In this document: positions 32,767 through 41,961 of the stretch, piece after piece
How the letters are laid out: each line of letters begins with the position of its first letter
Numbering within the stretch: the stretch's first letter is position 1
Assembly: GCA_965228735.1 (NCBI GenBank)
Contig: OZ245838.1
Span: 6,560,001 to 6,624,000 of the forward strand
DNA length: 64,000 nucleotides
Direction of reading: 5' to 3'
Source of the DNA: Planctomycetota bacterium
Lineage (GTDB): Bacteria > Planctomycetota > UBA1135 > UBA2386
Made by a program: the position numbers and the translations under genes
The notes under the pieces: model-generated
Seen by the model: the letters and a program-made list of their open reading frames with translations, nothing else
The model's database searches: none
What the model was told of the DNA's origin: nothing

Positions 32767-34563
32767 CTACTTCTCGGACAGGCAGTAGAGGCTCTTGTGC
32801 CCGCGCAGGTAGATTGCGTCGCCGAGGATCACCGCGCTCGCGTCGAACGCGTCCGCCAGTTCGTTCGTCGCGACCTCTTCGAACGTGTGGCCGGCCTTGA
32901 AGACCTTGGTCTGGCCTTCGCGCGACGTGACGTAGACGTGGCCGTTGGCGCCGACGGGTGACGCGTAGACCGTGCGCAGGCCGCCGAGGCGCTGGCCTTC
33001 GTAGTGCACCTCGCCGGTCTTGGCGTCGACGCAGGTCAGCACCGCGTTGTTGACGCGCAGGAAGTAGATGTCGTCGCCGTAGAGCAGGGCCGACGGCACG
33101 TACGACGTCGCGCGCGTGTGCTGCCACAGCACGTGCTCCGAATCGGTGAGATCACCGCGCGCGCCCGGCAACGCGACGGCCTGTAACATCGCGCCGCGGA
33201 ACCCGCTCATGAGGAACGCAACGTCGTCGCGGATGATCGGCGTCGGGATGGTGTTCACCGTCATGCCACCGAGCTCCCAGATTACCTTGCCCGTCTGCAG
33301 GTCGTAGCCGCGCGAGGCGGTGGTCGCGTTGATGATGATCTGCGGCTTGCCATCGACCTTCGTGATGACCGGCGTGGACCAGCTCGTGACCTCGTCGCGG
33401 TCCTGCTTCCAGAGCTCCTTGCCCGTGCGCTTGTCGAGCGCCGCGATGAACGACTGCTTCTCGTGGTCCCAGTTGATCACGACGATATCACCCCAGATCG
33501 CGGGCGAACTGCCCTCGCCGAACTGGTTGCGCGTCCGCATGTAGCCGTAGTCCTTCGACCAGAGCACCTCGCCCTTCATGTCGAGACAGTGGATGCCGCG
33601 CGAGCCGAAGTGAGTGTAGATCCGTTCGCCGTCGGTGATGGGCGAACCCGAAGCCTGCGAACCCGTCGAGTGGCCGCGCTCGTGCGGTACGGTGCGCGCG
33701 ACGCTCGTGCTCCAGGCCGTCGAACCGTCCTTGCGATCGAGCGCCATGACGCGGAAGTCGAAGACCTTGGTCAGCGGCTCCGGGGGGCGGCGGCCGCGGC
33801 GACCGCCGCGGCCGCCGCGGCCCGCGCCGTCGCCGATCGGTTCGAGCTCGGGCGCCTCGCCGTCCTCGTCCGTCTCGATGGCCGTCGTGAGGATGATGTG
33901 ATCGCCCCAGACGATCGGCGTCGCGTGGCCGAGGCCCGGCACGTCGACCTTCCACCGCACGTTCTCGTTCTCGCTCCAGGTCAGCGGCGGCGTCGTGCCC
34001 GGGGCGGCGCCGGACCCCTCCGGGCCGCGCCAGAACGCCCAGTTCTTGCTGCCGCCCTGCTGCGTGGTGGCGGCCTGCGGCACCGGATCCTGCTGGGTCT
34101 CTGCGGCCTTCGCCGGCATGCGCTCGAGGTGGCCGAACATGTGACCGCCGTAGCTCTTGCCCGACCAGACGCCGGCGTAGCGGTCACCGTGGAAGACCAC
34201 GCGCGCGCTGTAGGTGCCGAGCATCGGGAAGCCGACGTCGGTGACCTGGATGGTCGGCGTGTCGCCGGCCCACAGCACGTTCGCGCCGACGGGTAGCGTC
34301 ACGTCCTTGCCGTCGTAGCGGATCGTCGCGTCGATCTTCCACTTCTCGTCGCGCAGCTTGGTCGCCTTCTCGATGAGATAGGTCTCGGGCCGCGGCGGCC
34401 CGTCGTTGCCGTCGACGGTGAACCGGCCGACCATCTTGCAGCGGGACATGCGCTTCGCGAACGCGGCCTCGCGCGCGGCCTGCTCGGCGTCGTCCGACTG
34501 GGCGGACAGGAGGGCGGGCGAGAGAGAGAACGCGACGAGCGAAGCGATGGCGTGATACTGCAT
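32767..34563 (-). CDS. Exported PQQ/BamB-like beta-propeller protein with extra N-terminal beta domain
   Basis: Signal peptide; WAFWRGP, ENVRWK, repeated SP / A.D..TG..W blades. Confidence 0.85.
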   Translation of the reverse strand: MQYHAIASLVAFSLSPALLSAQSDDAEQAAREAAFAKRMSRCKMVGRFTVDGNDGPPRPETYLIEKATKLRDEKWKIDATIRYDGKDVTLPVGANVLWAGDTPTIQVTDVGFPMLGTYSARVVFHGDRYAGVWSGKSYGGHMFGHLERMPAKAAETQQDPVPQAATTQQGGSKNWAFWRGPEGSGAAPGTTPPLTWSENENVRWKVDVPGLGHATPIVWGDHIILTTAIETDEDGEAPELEPIGDGAGRGGRGGRRGRRPPEPLTKVFDFRVMALDRKDGSTAWSTSVARTVPHERGHSTGSQASGSPITDGERIYTHFGSRGIHCLDMKGEVLWSKDYGYMRTRNQFGEGSSPAIWGDIVVINWDHEKQSFIAALDKRTGKELWKQDRDEVTSWSTPVITKVDGKPQIIINATTASRGYDLQTGKVIWELGGMTVNTIPTPIIRDDVAFLMSGFRGAMLQAVALPGARGDLTDSEHVLWQHTRATSYVPSALLYGDDIYFLRVNNAVLTCVDAKTGEVHYEGQRLGGLRTVYASPVGANGHVYVTSREGQTKVFKAGHTFEEVATNELADAFDASAVILGDAIYLRGHKSLYCLSEK

Positions 34564-34672
34564 GGCGAGATCGGCTCCTTGAGGCGATCCGGTGTACCCC
34601 TGGGGGGCGCCAGCGGAAGCGCCGCTGGCCGAGTCGGCAAGGGTTACTTACTTTCGACAGCTCGCGGCCCGT

Positions 34673-35947
34673 TCACCGCCAGGCGAACGCGGCGAGCCCC
34701 TGCAGGCCGCGCACGAAGACCTGATCGCCGTCGACCGCGAGATGGGCCCAGGTCTCCTCCTCCGCGACCTCCATCCGGCTCTCGATCTCGAGCTCCTCGG
34801 TGTTCGCGCGGATCATCAGCAGTTCGCCGGAATCGGTCAGCGCGAGCATGCGATCGCCCCGAGCGACGATCGACCAGTAGGTGTCCCCGAGCGGTTCGCT
34901 GATCCACGCGACCTCGCCGGCGGCGAGGTCGACGCAGCAGAAGCGCTTGCTGCGCAGATAGAGATACGCGTGGCCGTCGATCACGACCGGTGACGTCATG
35001 TTGCCCTGCGCGCGGTTCGTCCACGCCTGCTCGACCTGCATCGCCGGCGCGCCGTCGCCGCCCTCGGCGTTCTTGCTGACCGCGAAGTAGTGCGCGCGGC
35101 CGCCGTAGGCCGACGTGAACACGCCGTCGCCGAACGGCAGGGGCGTGAGGATGTTCATGCCGCGGAACGACTTGATGTCGACGCCCCAGAGCTCGTCACC
35201 TGTCTCGAGGTCGACGCCCGACAGTCGGGTTCGGCCCTGCACGATGATCTGCTCCTGACCGGCGATCGTCGCGATCACCGGCGAGCTGAACGCGCCCGCG
35301 TTCATCATGTTGTTGCCGTCGTCAGCGAGCCCGCGCCAGACCGACTCGCCGGTCGCGGCGTCGAGCTTGATCAGGCCGGCGGCGGTGTGCACGTAGACCG
35401 CGCCGTCGTGGACGAGGGGCGAACAGACGAAGCCGAACGGCTGCTTGGGCGTGCCGTAGCGACCCTTGAAGTCGACGCGCCAGTGTTCGTTGCCGGTCGG
35501 GGCATCGAGGCAGACGAGCACGTCGAGCATGCCGGCGACGTAGAGCCGATCGCCGTGGAGCGCCGGCGTCGCGCGGATCCACGAACCGTTGCGGGCCGCG
35601 AAGAACGGCACCTTCATCGCGCCCTCCCAGGTTGCCTCCCAGACCTTCTCCCCGGTCTTGCGATCGATGGCCCAGACGCACTCCTCGAACTGGTCGAGCG
35701 TCGCGGTCGTGTAGACCCGCTCGGCGTCGCACACGGGGCCCGAGTAGCTCTCGCCGAGCTCGACGTGCCACTGCCGTTGCAGGGTCTCCTTCGCCAACTG
35801 CTCGGGCCACTCGGCGCCGGCCGCTTGACCGTCGCGGGCCGGGCCGCGCCATTGGTTCCAGTGGTCGCCCTGGGCAGCAACGGCGGCGGTCAGAGCGAGG
35901 GCGAAGACGACGGCGGGGAGGACGAGGCGCGGGGTCGCGAGTGGCAT
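34673..35947 (-). CDS. Exported PQQ/BamB-like beta-propeller protein
   Basis: Signal peptide; WNQWRGP; IDRKTGEKVWE, LDAPTGNEHW, LDAATGESVW blades; start ATG 35947. Confidence 0.85.
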   Translation of the reverse strand: MPLATPRLVLPAVVFALALTAAVAAQGDHWNQWRGPARDGQAAGAEWPEQLAKETLQRQWHVELGESYSGPVCDAERVYTTATLDQFEECVWAIDRKTGEKVWEATWEGAMKVPFFAARNGSWIRATPALHGDRLYVAGMLDVLVCLDAPTGNEHWRVDFKGRYGTPKQPFGFVCSPLVHDGAVYVHTAAGLIKLDAATGESVWRGLADDGNNMMNAGAFSSPVIATIAGQEQIIVQGRTRLSGVDLETGDELWGVDIKSFRGMNILTPLPFGDGVFTSAYGGRAHYFAVSKNAEGGDGAPAMQVEQAWTNRAQGNMTSPVVIDGHAYLYLRSKRFCCVDLAAGEVAWISEPLGDTYWSIVARGDRMLALTDSGELLMIRANTEELEIESRMEVAEEETWAHLAVDGDQVFVRGLQGLAAFAWR

Positions 35948-36009
35948 GCCGGCACTTCGGCCGGAACGGCGCCGCGGATGCACCCGATGCGGTCGGGTCG
36001 AAGCGGGCT

Positions 36010-39000
36010 CTATTCGGCGTGCAGGGCCCGGAGCAGCTGCCCCCGGGTCGCCAGGGCGCTCGCCAGGACGACCCAGAACGCGCCGCTGAGCGCGATCAGC
36101 GCCACGAAGCCGAGGAGCGGCCCGATGGCGACCGGGTCGGGCGACCGGACGACCGGGACGATCGCGAGGCCTGCCGCCACGAGCCCGGTGAGGAGGCCGA
36201 GGCCCAGCAGCAGCCCGTGTTCGCTCACGACGAGTCGGCGCACGTCCCGGCTCGAGAAGCCGACGGCCTGCAGGGTCGCGAGCTCGGCGCGGCGTTCGAG
36301 CGTGTTGCGGAGCACGACCACGCCGAGCCCGACCGTGCCGAGCAGCAGGCCGAGGCCGCCGAGCAGCTGGAAGATCGCGAGGTAGGTGTTCTGCACGGCC
36401 TGGAACGCGGCGAGCCGGTCGGCGGACTTCGTGAGCTCGAGTCCGAGGTCCGCCAGCGCGCGCGACAGCGACGTCGCGACCGCGTCCGCGCGTTGGGCAT
36501 CGGCGTCGACGAGGAACATGCGGAACCCCGTCGCCGACGGGAATCGTTCCCGCAGGTGCCGATCGGCGATGACGAGATTGCCCTGCAGGATCGAATCGCT
36601 CACCGTCGCGACGATGCGCACGTCGAACTCGTTCCCGGCCTCGTCCCGGTAGCGCAGCGCATCGCCGACGGCCTTGTGCAGGCTCCACGTCACGCTCGCG
36701 GCGTCGCCGATCGCCGGCACGACGTCGGGTCCGAGGTCCCGGTCGAGCAGTCGCCACGGGTTGTCGTCGCCCGCGTCACCCGTGACCGCGAACCGGAAGG
36801 CCTCGCGTTGCGCCAGCTGTTCCGGCTCGACGCCGACGAGCCGCGGGCTTTGCGGCGTGCTGAGGTTGAGGCAGCTGCCGTCGTCGCCGTCCTTGACGCG
36901 CAGCGGCACGATGCGTGCGCCCTGCAGATCGTCGTCGTCGAGCGCGTAGGCGTCGCGTCCGGCGGTGGTCGCGAGATCGCGCAGCACCGGCAGCGACGAG
37001 CGGCCGAACAGCGCGAACCCGCCCGTGCCCGACGCGCGCACGCTCGGATCGGTCGGCGGCTCGAGCCGGTTGCTCTGGACGGCGACGACGAGGAACGTGC
37101 CGCTCGCGAGCAGCGCGATCGTCGTGAGGCTCCGACCCGTGCGGCGCGAGCTGTTGCGCACGCCGAGCGCGGTGATCGTCGGCAGGCCCGCCGTGCGTTT
37201 CGCGGCGTGGCGCAGCAGCAGGTGGCGCGATGCGAAGATGCCGGCGATGAGCACGAGCGCACCCGCGCCGAAGAACGTGCCGGCGGTCGCGGCCGAGCTC
37301 GACCCTGCGGTCATCACGAGCGTGATCGCGCCGGCGAGTGCGATGACGGCGAGCCCGAGGCTCAGTCCACGCGGGCCCCGGGCACCGGGTCGTGCCGTGG
37401 GCGCCAGCGTACCGTCGCCCTGCAGCAGTTCGACGGCCGGCCGCCGGAACGCGCGGCGCAGCGTGAGCAGGATCGCGAGCAGCGCCGCGACGACCGCACC
37501 GATCGCGCCGCCCACGATCGAGCCCGGGACGAGGTGGGCCGTGAGCGTCGTCTGGCCGACCGCGTCCTGCCACAGCGACCCGAGGCCGGCGAGCACGGCG
37601 TGGGCGTAGCCGATGCCGAGCAGGGCGCCGAGCGTCGCGCCGACGCCCGCGAGCAGCAGTGCTTCGCGCACGAACAGGCCGCGCACCCTGCCCTCCGTGA
37701 AGCCGACCCCGAGCAGCAGGCCGACTTCGCGCCGGCGCTGTTCGACCCCGAACACGAACAGCAGCGCCGTGAGCATGAGCCCGGCGATGACGAGGAAGAA
37801 GCTCAGTCCGAGGAAGAGGCCGCCGAAGTCGGTCGCCGGCGAGCCTGCGGCGAGTGCCGGGCCGCGCAGGTCGCGGAAGAACAGCCCGAGTGCTTCGGGA
37901 TCGAGCTGCTGCGCGAGCTCGGTGCGCACGCGCGCGGCGGCCGGCGCGCTGAGCCGGATCGCCGTGAGGTTGCCGAACCGGTTGCCGAAGAGCCGCTGCC
38001 CGGCGGCGAGCCCGAGGAACGCCTTGGGCGTGCCGCGGTGTTCTTCCCAGTAGGCCTGGTCCTCGCCATCGAGCCGGTCGAGTTCGACCGGGATGCCCGG
38101 CTCCCAATCGCCGCAGCTGCGCGCTTCGGCGAGGCCCGGGAACGCCGGCATCAGAGCCGGGTCGAGCGCGGCATTCGCGAGCTCGACGATCGCGCTGACG
38201 CGCATCGTGTGGGTGCGTTCGTCGAGCTGCAGCTGCTCGTCCATGACGTAGTAGCTCAGCACGAGCTCGGCGCCGGGCTCGGCGCCGATGTCCTTGGCGA
38301 GCCAGTCGTGGATCACCAGCTCGTCGCCCTCCGGCGCGAGACTCGCGGTCGCGGCGAGCGGCGCTGCGGGAGCGGTCGCCGGGTCGAGCGGCCCGAGTGC
38401 GGTCACCGTCGAGTACGGCGTCACGCGTTCGCCGGCCGCGATCGAGTTCACGAAGTAGGTGAGGATCGCCAGGCCGTCGGGCGCGATGGCGCGAACGGTG
38501 TCGCCGATCGCGGGATCGAGGAAGACGCGGCCGCTCGTCAGCGCGTGGATCTCGGGGTTCGTCGCGCTGCCGTCGAGGTCGGCCGGGATCGGGCCGAGCT
38601 CGAGCTCCGCGTCCGCGAGGGTCCAGTGGGTGCGCAACGCCCGGTCCGCGGCCGCAGGCGTCGCATCGATCGCGAGCAGGTTGGCGCGGTCCTCGAGTTC
38701 GAGCTCGGCGTTGAGCCACGCCCGGTCGAGGAACACGTTGAACGGCGGCACCTGGCTCGCCCGCAGACCGAAGCGGCCGAACTCGTCGTCCTGCAGCACG
38801 CGGTCGACGGTGACGCGCAGCGCGAACGCGACGTCGTCGACGGTCGCCATCGTGGCCTCGCGCGGCATGAGGCTCGGACGCTCGACGCGCACGACGAACT
38901 CGTCGCCGGCGTCGATCTGCAGCTGGCGCGCGAGTCGCACGTTCACGAACGCGCGGCCAGGTGGGATCGCGGTGACCGCCGATGCCCGGGCTGGCGCCAT

Positions 39001-39375
39001 CGCGAAGAAGCGTGTGTCCACGCCGTAGACGTCGACGAGACCGGTGCGCAGTTCGGTCGGCCCCTGTTCGTTGCCCTTGCGGCGGCTGGTGGCCACGCCC
39101 GGCAGCTGCACGATCGGCGCGCACGTGCTGCCCTCGATCGCGGCTGCGATCCGATCCGCGAGCGCGACCGTGACGAACCGGTCGCCCGCGGTCAACGCCG
39201 CGTCGAACCCGCCGATCCGTTGCAGTGCCTGCTCGCGCAGGCTGAGCCGTACGGAGTCGCCGACGGTGAGCGCGCCGACGAGCACGGTCGCGGCACACAG
39301 CACGCCGAGGACGACCCCGACTTGGGTGCGCCAGTAGTGCCGCAGGCTGGCCTTCGTCAGGCGCCAGGCATTCAT
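36010..39375 (-). CDS. ABC transporter permease, duplicated MacB/FtsX-like
   Basis: N-terminal TM, two large periplasmic domains; EQRRREVGLLLGVGF and ERRAELATLQAVGF FtsX signatures. Confidence 0.9.
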   Translation of the reverse strand: MNAWRLTKASLRHYWRTQVGVVLGVLCAATVLVGALTVGDSVRLSLREQALQRIGGFDAALTAGDRFVTVALADRIAAAIEGSTCAPIVQLPGVATSRRKGNEQGPTELRTGLVDVYGVDTRFFAMAPARASAVTAIPPGRAFVNVRLARQLQIDAGDEFVVRVERPSLMPREATMATVDDVAFALRVTVDRVLQDDEFGRFGLRASQVPPFNVFLDRAWLNAELELEDRANLLAIDATPAAADRALRTHWTLADAELELGPIPADLDGSATNPEIHALTSGRVFLDPAIGDTVRAIAPDGLAILTYFVNSIAAGERVTPYSTVTALGPLDPATAPAAPLAATASLAPEGDELVIHDWLAKDIGAEPGAELVLSYYVMDEQLQLDERTHTMRVSAIVELANAALDPALMPAFPGLAEARSCGDWEPGIPVELDRLDGEDQAYWEEHRGTPKAFLGLAAGQRLFGNRFGNLTAIRLSAPAAARVRTELAQQLDPEALGLFFRDLRGPALAAGSPATDFGGLFLGLSFFLVIAGLMLTALLFVFGVEQRRREVGLLLGVGFTEGRVRGLFVREALLLAGVGATLGALLGIGYAHAVLAGLGSLWQDAVGQTTLTAHLVPGSIVGGAIGAVVAALLAILLTLRRAFRRPAVELLQGDGTLAPTARPGARGPRGLSLGLAVIALAGAITLVMTAGSSSAATAGTFFGAGALVLIAGIFASRHLLLRHAAKRTAGLPTITALGVRNSSRRTGRSLTTIALLASGTFLVVAVQSNRLEPPTDPSVRASGTGGFALFGRSSLPVLRDLATTAGRDAYALDDDDLQGARIVPLRVKDGDDGSCLNLSTPQSPRLVGVEPEQLAQREAFRFAVTGDAGDDNPWRLLDRDLGPDVVPAIGDAASVTWSLHKAVGDALRYRDEAGNEFDVRIVATVSDSILQGNLVIADRHLRERFPSATGFRMFLVDADAQRADAVATSLSRALADLGLELTKSADRLAAFQAVQNTYLAIFQLLGGLGLLLGTVGLGVVVLRNTLERRAELATLQAVGFSSRDVRRLVVSEHGLLLGLGLLTGLVAAGLAIVPVVRSPDPVAIGPLLGFVALIALSGAFWVVLASALATRGQLLRALHAE

Positions 39376-40082
39376 CGCGGTTGGCCCGCGGGTGCTGCGG
39401 CCCCGGCGAGGACGCCGTCACGCAGTTCGATCGCGCGACTCATCCGGTCGGCGAGGCGGCGCGAGTGGGTGACGACGAAGAGCGCCACGTCGTGTTCGCT
39501 GTTGAGCTCGACGAGTAGCTCGCCGAGTCGGTCGGCGCCGCGCTCGTCGAGCGACCCCGTCGGTTCGTCCGCGAGCAGCAGGCGCGGCCGGTTGACGAGC
39601 GCGCGCACGACGGCGACGCGTTGGCGTTCGCCGCCCGAGAGCTCGGCCGGGCGGTGATCGAGTCGGTCGCCGAGTCCGACGTCGTTCAGCAGCGCCCGGG
39701 CGCGGTCGGGCGCGGCCTTGCGTACCGCGGTATCGGACAGCGCGAGCGTCGGCACGAGCACGTTCTCGAGCGCCGTGCACTGCGGCAGGAGGTGGTGCGA
39801 TTGGAACACGAAGCCGATCTCCCGGCTGCGCAGCGCGGCGAGTTCCTTCGCCGACAGTTCGCCGAGATCGCGGCCGTCGAACCGCACCGTGCCGGTGCTC
39901 GGCGGCAGCAGCCCGCCGATGAGGTTGAGCAGCGTGCTCTTGCCGCAGCCGGACGGCCCGAGCACGGCCACCGACTCGCGCGCCGCGATCGTGAGGTCGA
40001 CCCCGCGCAGCACCTCGGTCGTGGGGCCGAACGTCCGCGTCGCGCGCTCGACCTCGACGAGTGGCCGGTCGGCGGTCGTCAT
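39372..40082 (-). CDS. ABC ATP-binding protein, LolD/MacB type
   Basis: GPSGCGKST, IGFVFQ, LSGGERQRVAV, LLADEPTGSLD, VTH. Confidence 0.95.
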   Translation of the reverse strand: MTTADRPLVEVERATRTFGPTTEVLRGVDLTIAARESVAVLGPSGCGKSTLLNLIGGLLPPSTGTVRFDGRDLGELSAKELAALRSREIGFVFQSHHLLPQCTALENVLVPTLALSDTAVRKAAPDRARALLNDVGLGDRLDHRPAELSGGERQRVAVVRALVNRPRLLLADEPTGSLDERGADRLGELLVELNSEHDVALFVVTHSRRLADRMSRAIELRDGVLAGAAAPAGQPR

Positions 40083-40612
40083 TTGGGCGCCTGTTGCGAC
40101 GGGGCCTGTTGCGATGGGGGCGTGCCGGGTTTCGCGCCGGCCGGTGCCGGCTTGTAGAGCGTCACGAGCAGGCCGCCGGTCGCGGCGAGTGCGATGCCGA
40201 GCAGGAACCGCCAGTCGAGACTCCCGAAGCCGCCCGTCGGCGGGTGGACGGCGATCGCGACGAACGCGTTCACCATCGGCGCACCCGCGAAGATGATGGA
40301 CATCACCGCGGCGGGGTGACCCTTCGCCCCGAACGCGAGCAGCACGCCGAACGCGCCGATCGCGCCCATGATGCCCGCGACGAGCGACCAGGTGACGGCC
40401 TTGGGCGGCATCGACCAGGACGCGCCGGCGAACCACAGCATCGCGGCCGGGGCGAGCACGGCGATGAGGAAGTAGGCGATGCCGACCCAGAAGAACGCCT
40501 TGTAGCGCCCGTTCTGCGGGTCGCCCATGGCGACCTGGCCGGTGTGCAGGAGCACGCCGTAGAGCCCCCAGCTGACGACGGTGAGGAGGGCGAAGAGGAT
40601 CCAGGTCTGCAT
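40079..40612 (-). CDS. Small multi-pass membrane protein (DMT/EamA-like)
   Basis: About five hydrophobic helices, FALLTVVSWGLYG N-terminus; overlaps the ABC ATPase start. Confidence 0.7.
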   Translation of the reverse strand: MQTWILFALLTVVSWGLYGVLLHTGQVAMGDPQNGRYKAFFWVGIAYFLIAVLAPAAMLWFAGASWSMPPKAVTWSLVAGIMGAIGAFGVLLAFGAKGHPAAVMSIIFAGAPMVNAFVAIAVHPPTGGFGSLDWRFLLGIALAATGGLLVTLYKPAPAGAKPGTPPSQQAPSQQAPK

Positions 40613-40653
40613 GGTCTCAGTCTGCTCGGGGTATTCGGGGGGCGCAAGGTTTG

Positions 40654-41958
40654 TCAGCGGGGGGCCGCGGCGACGGTCTCGCAGATCGCAGCGACCTCGC
40701 GCGCCATGCGCTCGGCGGTGAAGTGGGTGCGAACGGATTGCCGGCCACGTTCGCCGAGGGACCGGGCGAGCACGTCATCCGAGAGCACTGTCCGGAGGCC
40801 GTTCGCGAGCGCTGCCGCATCGCCGGGTTCGCACAAGAGTCCGCCGCCCGTCGCCTCGAGGATCTCGGGGAACGCGGCGTGGCGCGGCTGCACGACGGGC
40901 ACGCCCGCCGCCATCGCCTCGAGCACGTAGAGCCCGAACGACTCGCCGTAGAGCGCTGGCACCGACATCACCGAGAGGGTGCGCAGGAACTCGAGCTTGG
41001 TCGGACGATCGATGTTCGGCAGGAAGTCGACGCGGCCCGCGGCGCCGTTGGCCGCGATGCGGTTCTCGAGCTCAACGGTGAACGCTTCGTCCTCGCGCAG
41101 GCGCACGCCGGCGACCCGCAGCCGCACGTCGGCGAGCGCGGGATCGGCGGTCAGTTCGAGGAACGCGTCGACGAGCACGTCGAGGCCCTTGTCGCGGCAC
41201 ATGCGCGCGAGGTAGCCGATCGTACGCGGGCGGCGAGCAGCCGCAGGCTCCGCCGGTTCCATGATGTCCGTGCTGTCGATGCCGTTGTGCACGACGTGCA
41301 GGCGGTCGGTGGCGGGGCCGAGGCGCTCGCGCATCACGTCGCGATACGAGTGACTCACCGCGATCAGCGCGTCGACCTCGGCAGCCCGCTCGCGCAGAGT
41401 CTGCCACGCGGCGTCGCGGTCGCGCGGCGGCAGCATGTCGAGGAACGGCTGTTCACCCTGCAGCGTCACGACGACCGGGACGCCGAGTGCCTGGCGCAAC
41501 GGCCGCGCGACGCCGACGAGCATCGCGTTGCTGACGATGACGACGTCGGGCGTTTCGCCGGTGCTGATCCAGCGCACGAGCCGGTCGATCTCCGTCTTCT
41601 GGCGGCCCTCTTCGCCGCGCAGCAGGGACACCGTCATGGCGCCGAGGTCAGGGGCGTCCGTCATGCTGCCGCGGTTCGCGGCCCAACGCAGCAGCCCCGG
41701 CCGATCGAGCCAGTTGCTGACGAAGCGCGGCAGCAGTCGGGCGAGCCCGCTCTTCTGCTGCAGGTAGACGTTGATGCCGCCCATGCGGATCGCCGGCTCG
41801 ATCCCCGTGCCGTCGGTCTCGATGACGAGCGGCAGGTAGAGCGGCGCGACCCGCACGTCGTGGCCGAGGCCGCGCAGCGCGTCGCCGAGCGCGATGTCAC
41901 GCAGGCAGCTGCCGCAGAAGAAGTTGCCGGTGCCCGGGGTCAGCAGCAGGACGCGCAT
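40654..41958 (-). CDS. Glycosyltransferase family 4
   Basis: VVHNGID, IGYLARM..DKG, ESFGLYVLEAMAAGVPVV (EX7E). Confidence 0.92.
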   Translation of the reverse strand: MRVLLLTPGTGNFFCGSCLRDIALGDALRGLGHDVRVAPLYLPLVIETDGTGIEPAIRMGGINVYLQQKSGLARLLPRFVSNWLDRPGLLRWAANRGSMTDAPDLGAMTVSLLRGEEGRQKTEIDRLVRWISTGETPDVVIVSNAMLVGVARPLRQALGVPVVVTLQGEQPFLDMLPPRDRDAAWQTLRERAAEVDALIAVSHSYRDVMRERLGPATDRLHVVHNGIDSTDIMEPAEPAAARRPRTIGYLARMCRDKGLDVLVDAFLELTADPALADVRLRVAGVRLREDEAFTVELENRIAANGAAGRVDFLPNIDRPTKLEFLRTLSVMSVPALYGESFGLYVLEAMAAGVPVVQPRHAAFPEILEATGGGLLCEPGDAAALANGLRTVLSDDVLARSLGERGRQSVRTHFTAERMAREVAAICETVAAAPR

Positions 41959-41961
41959 CGG

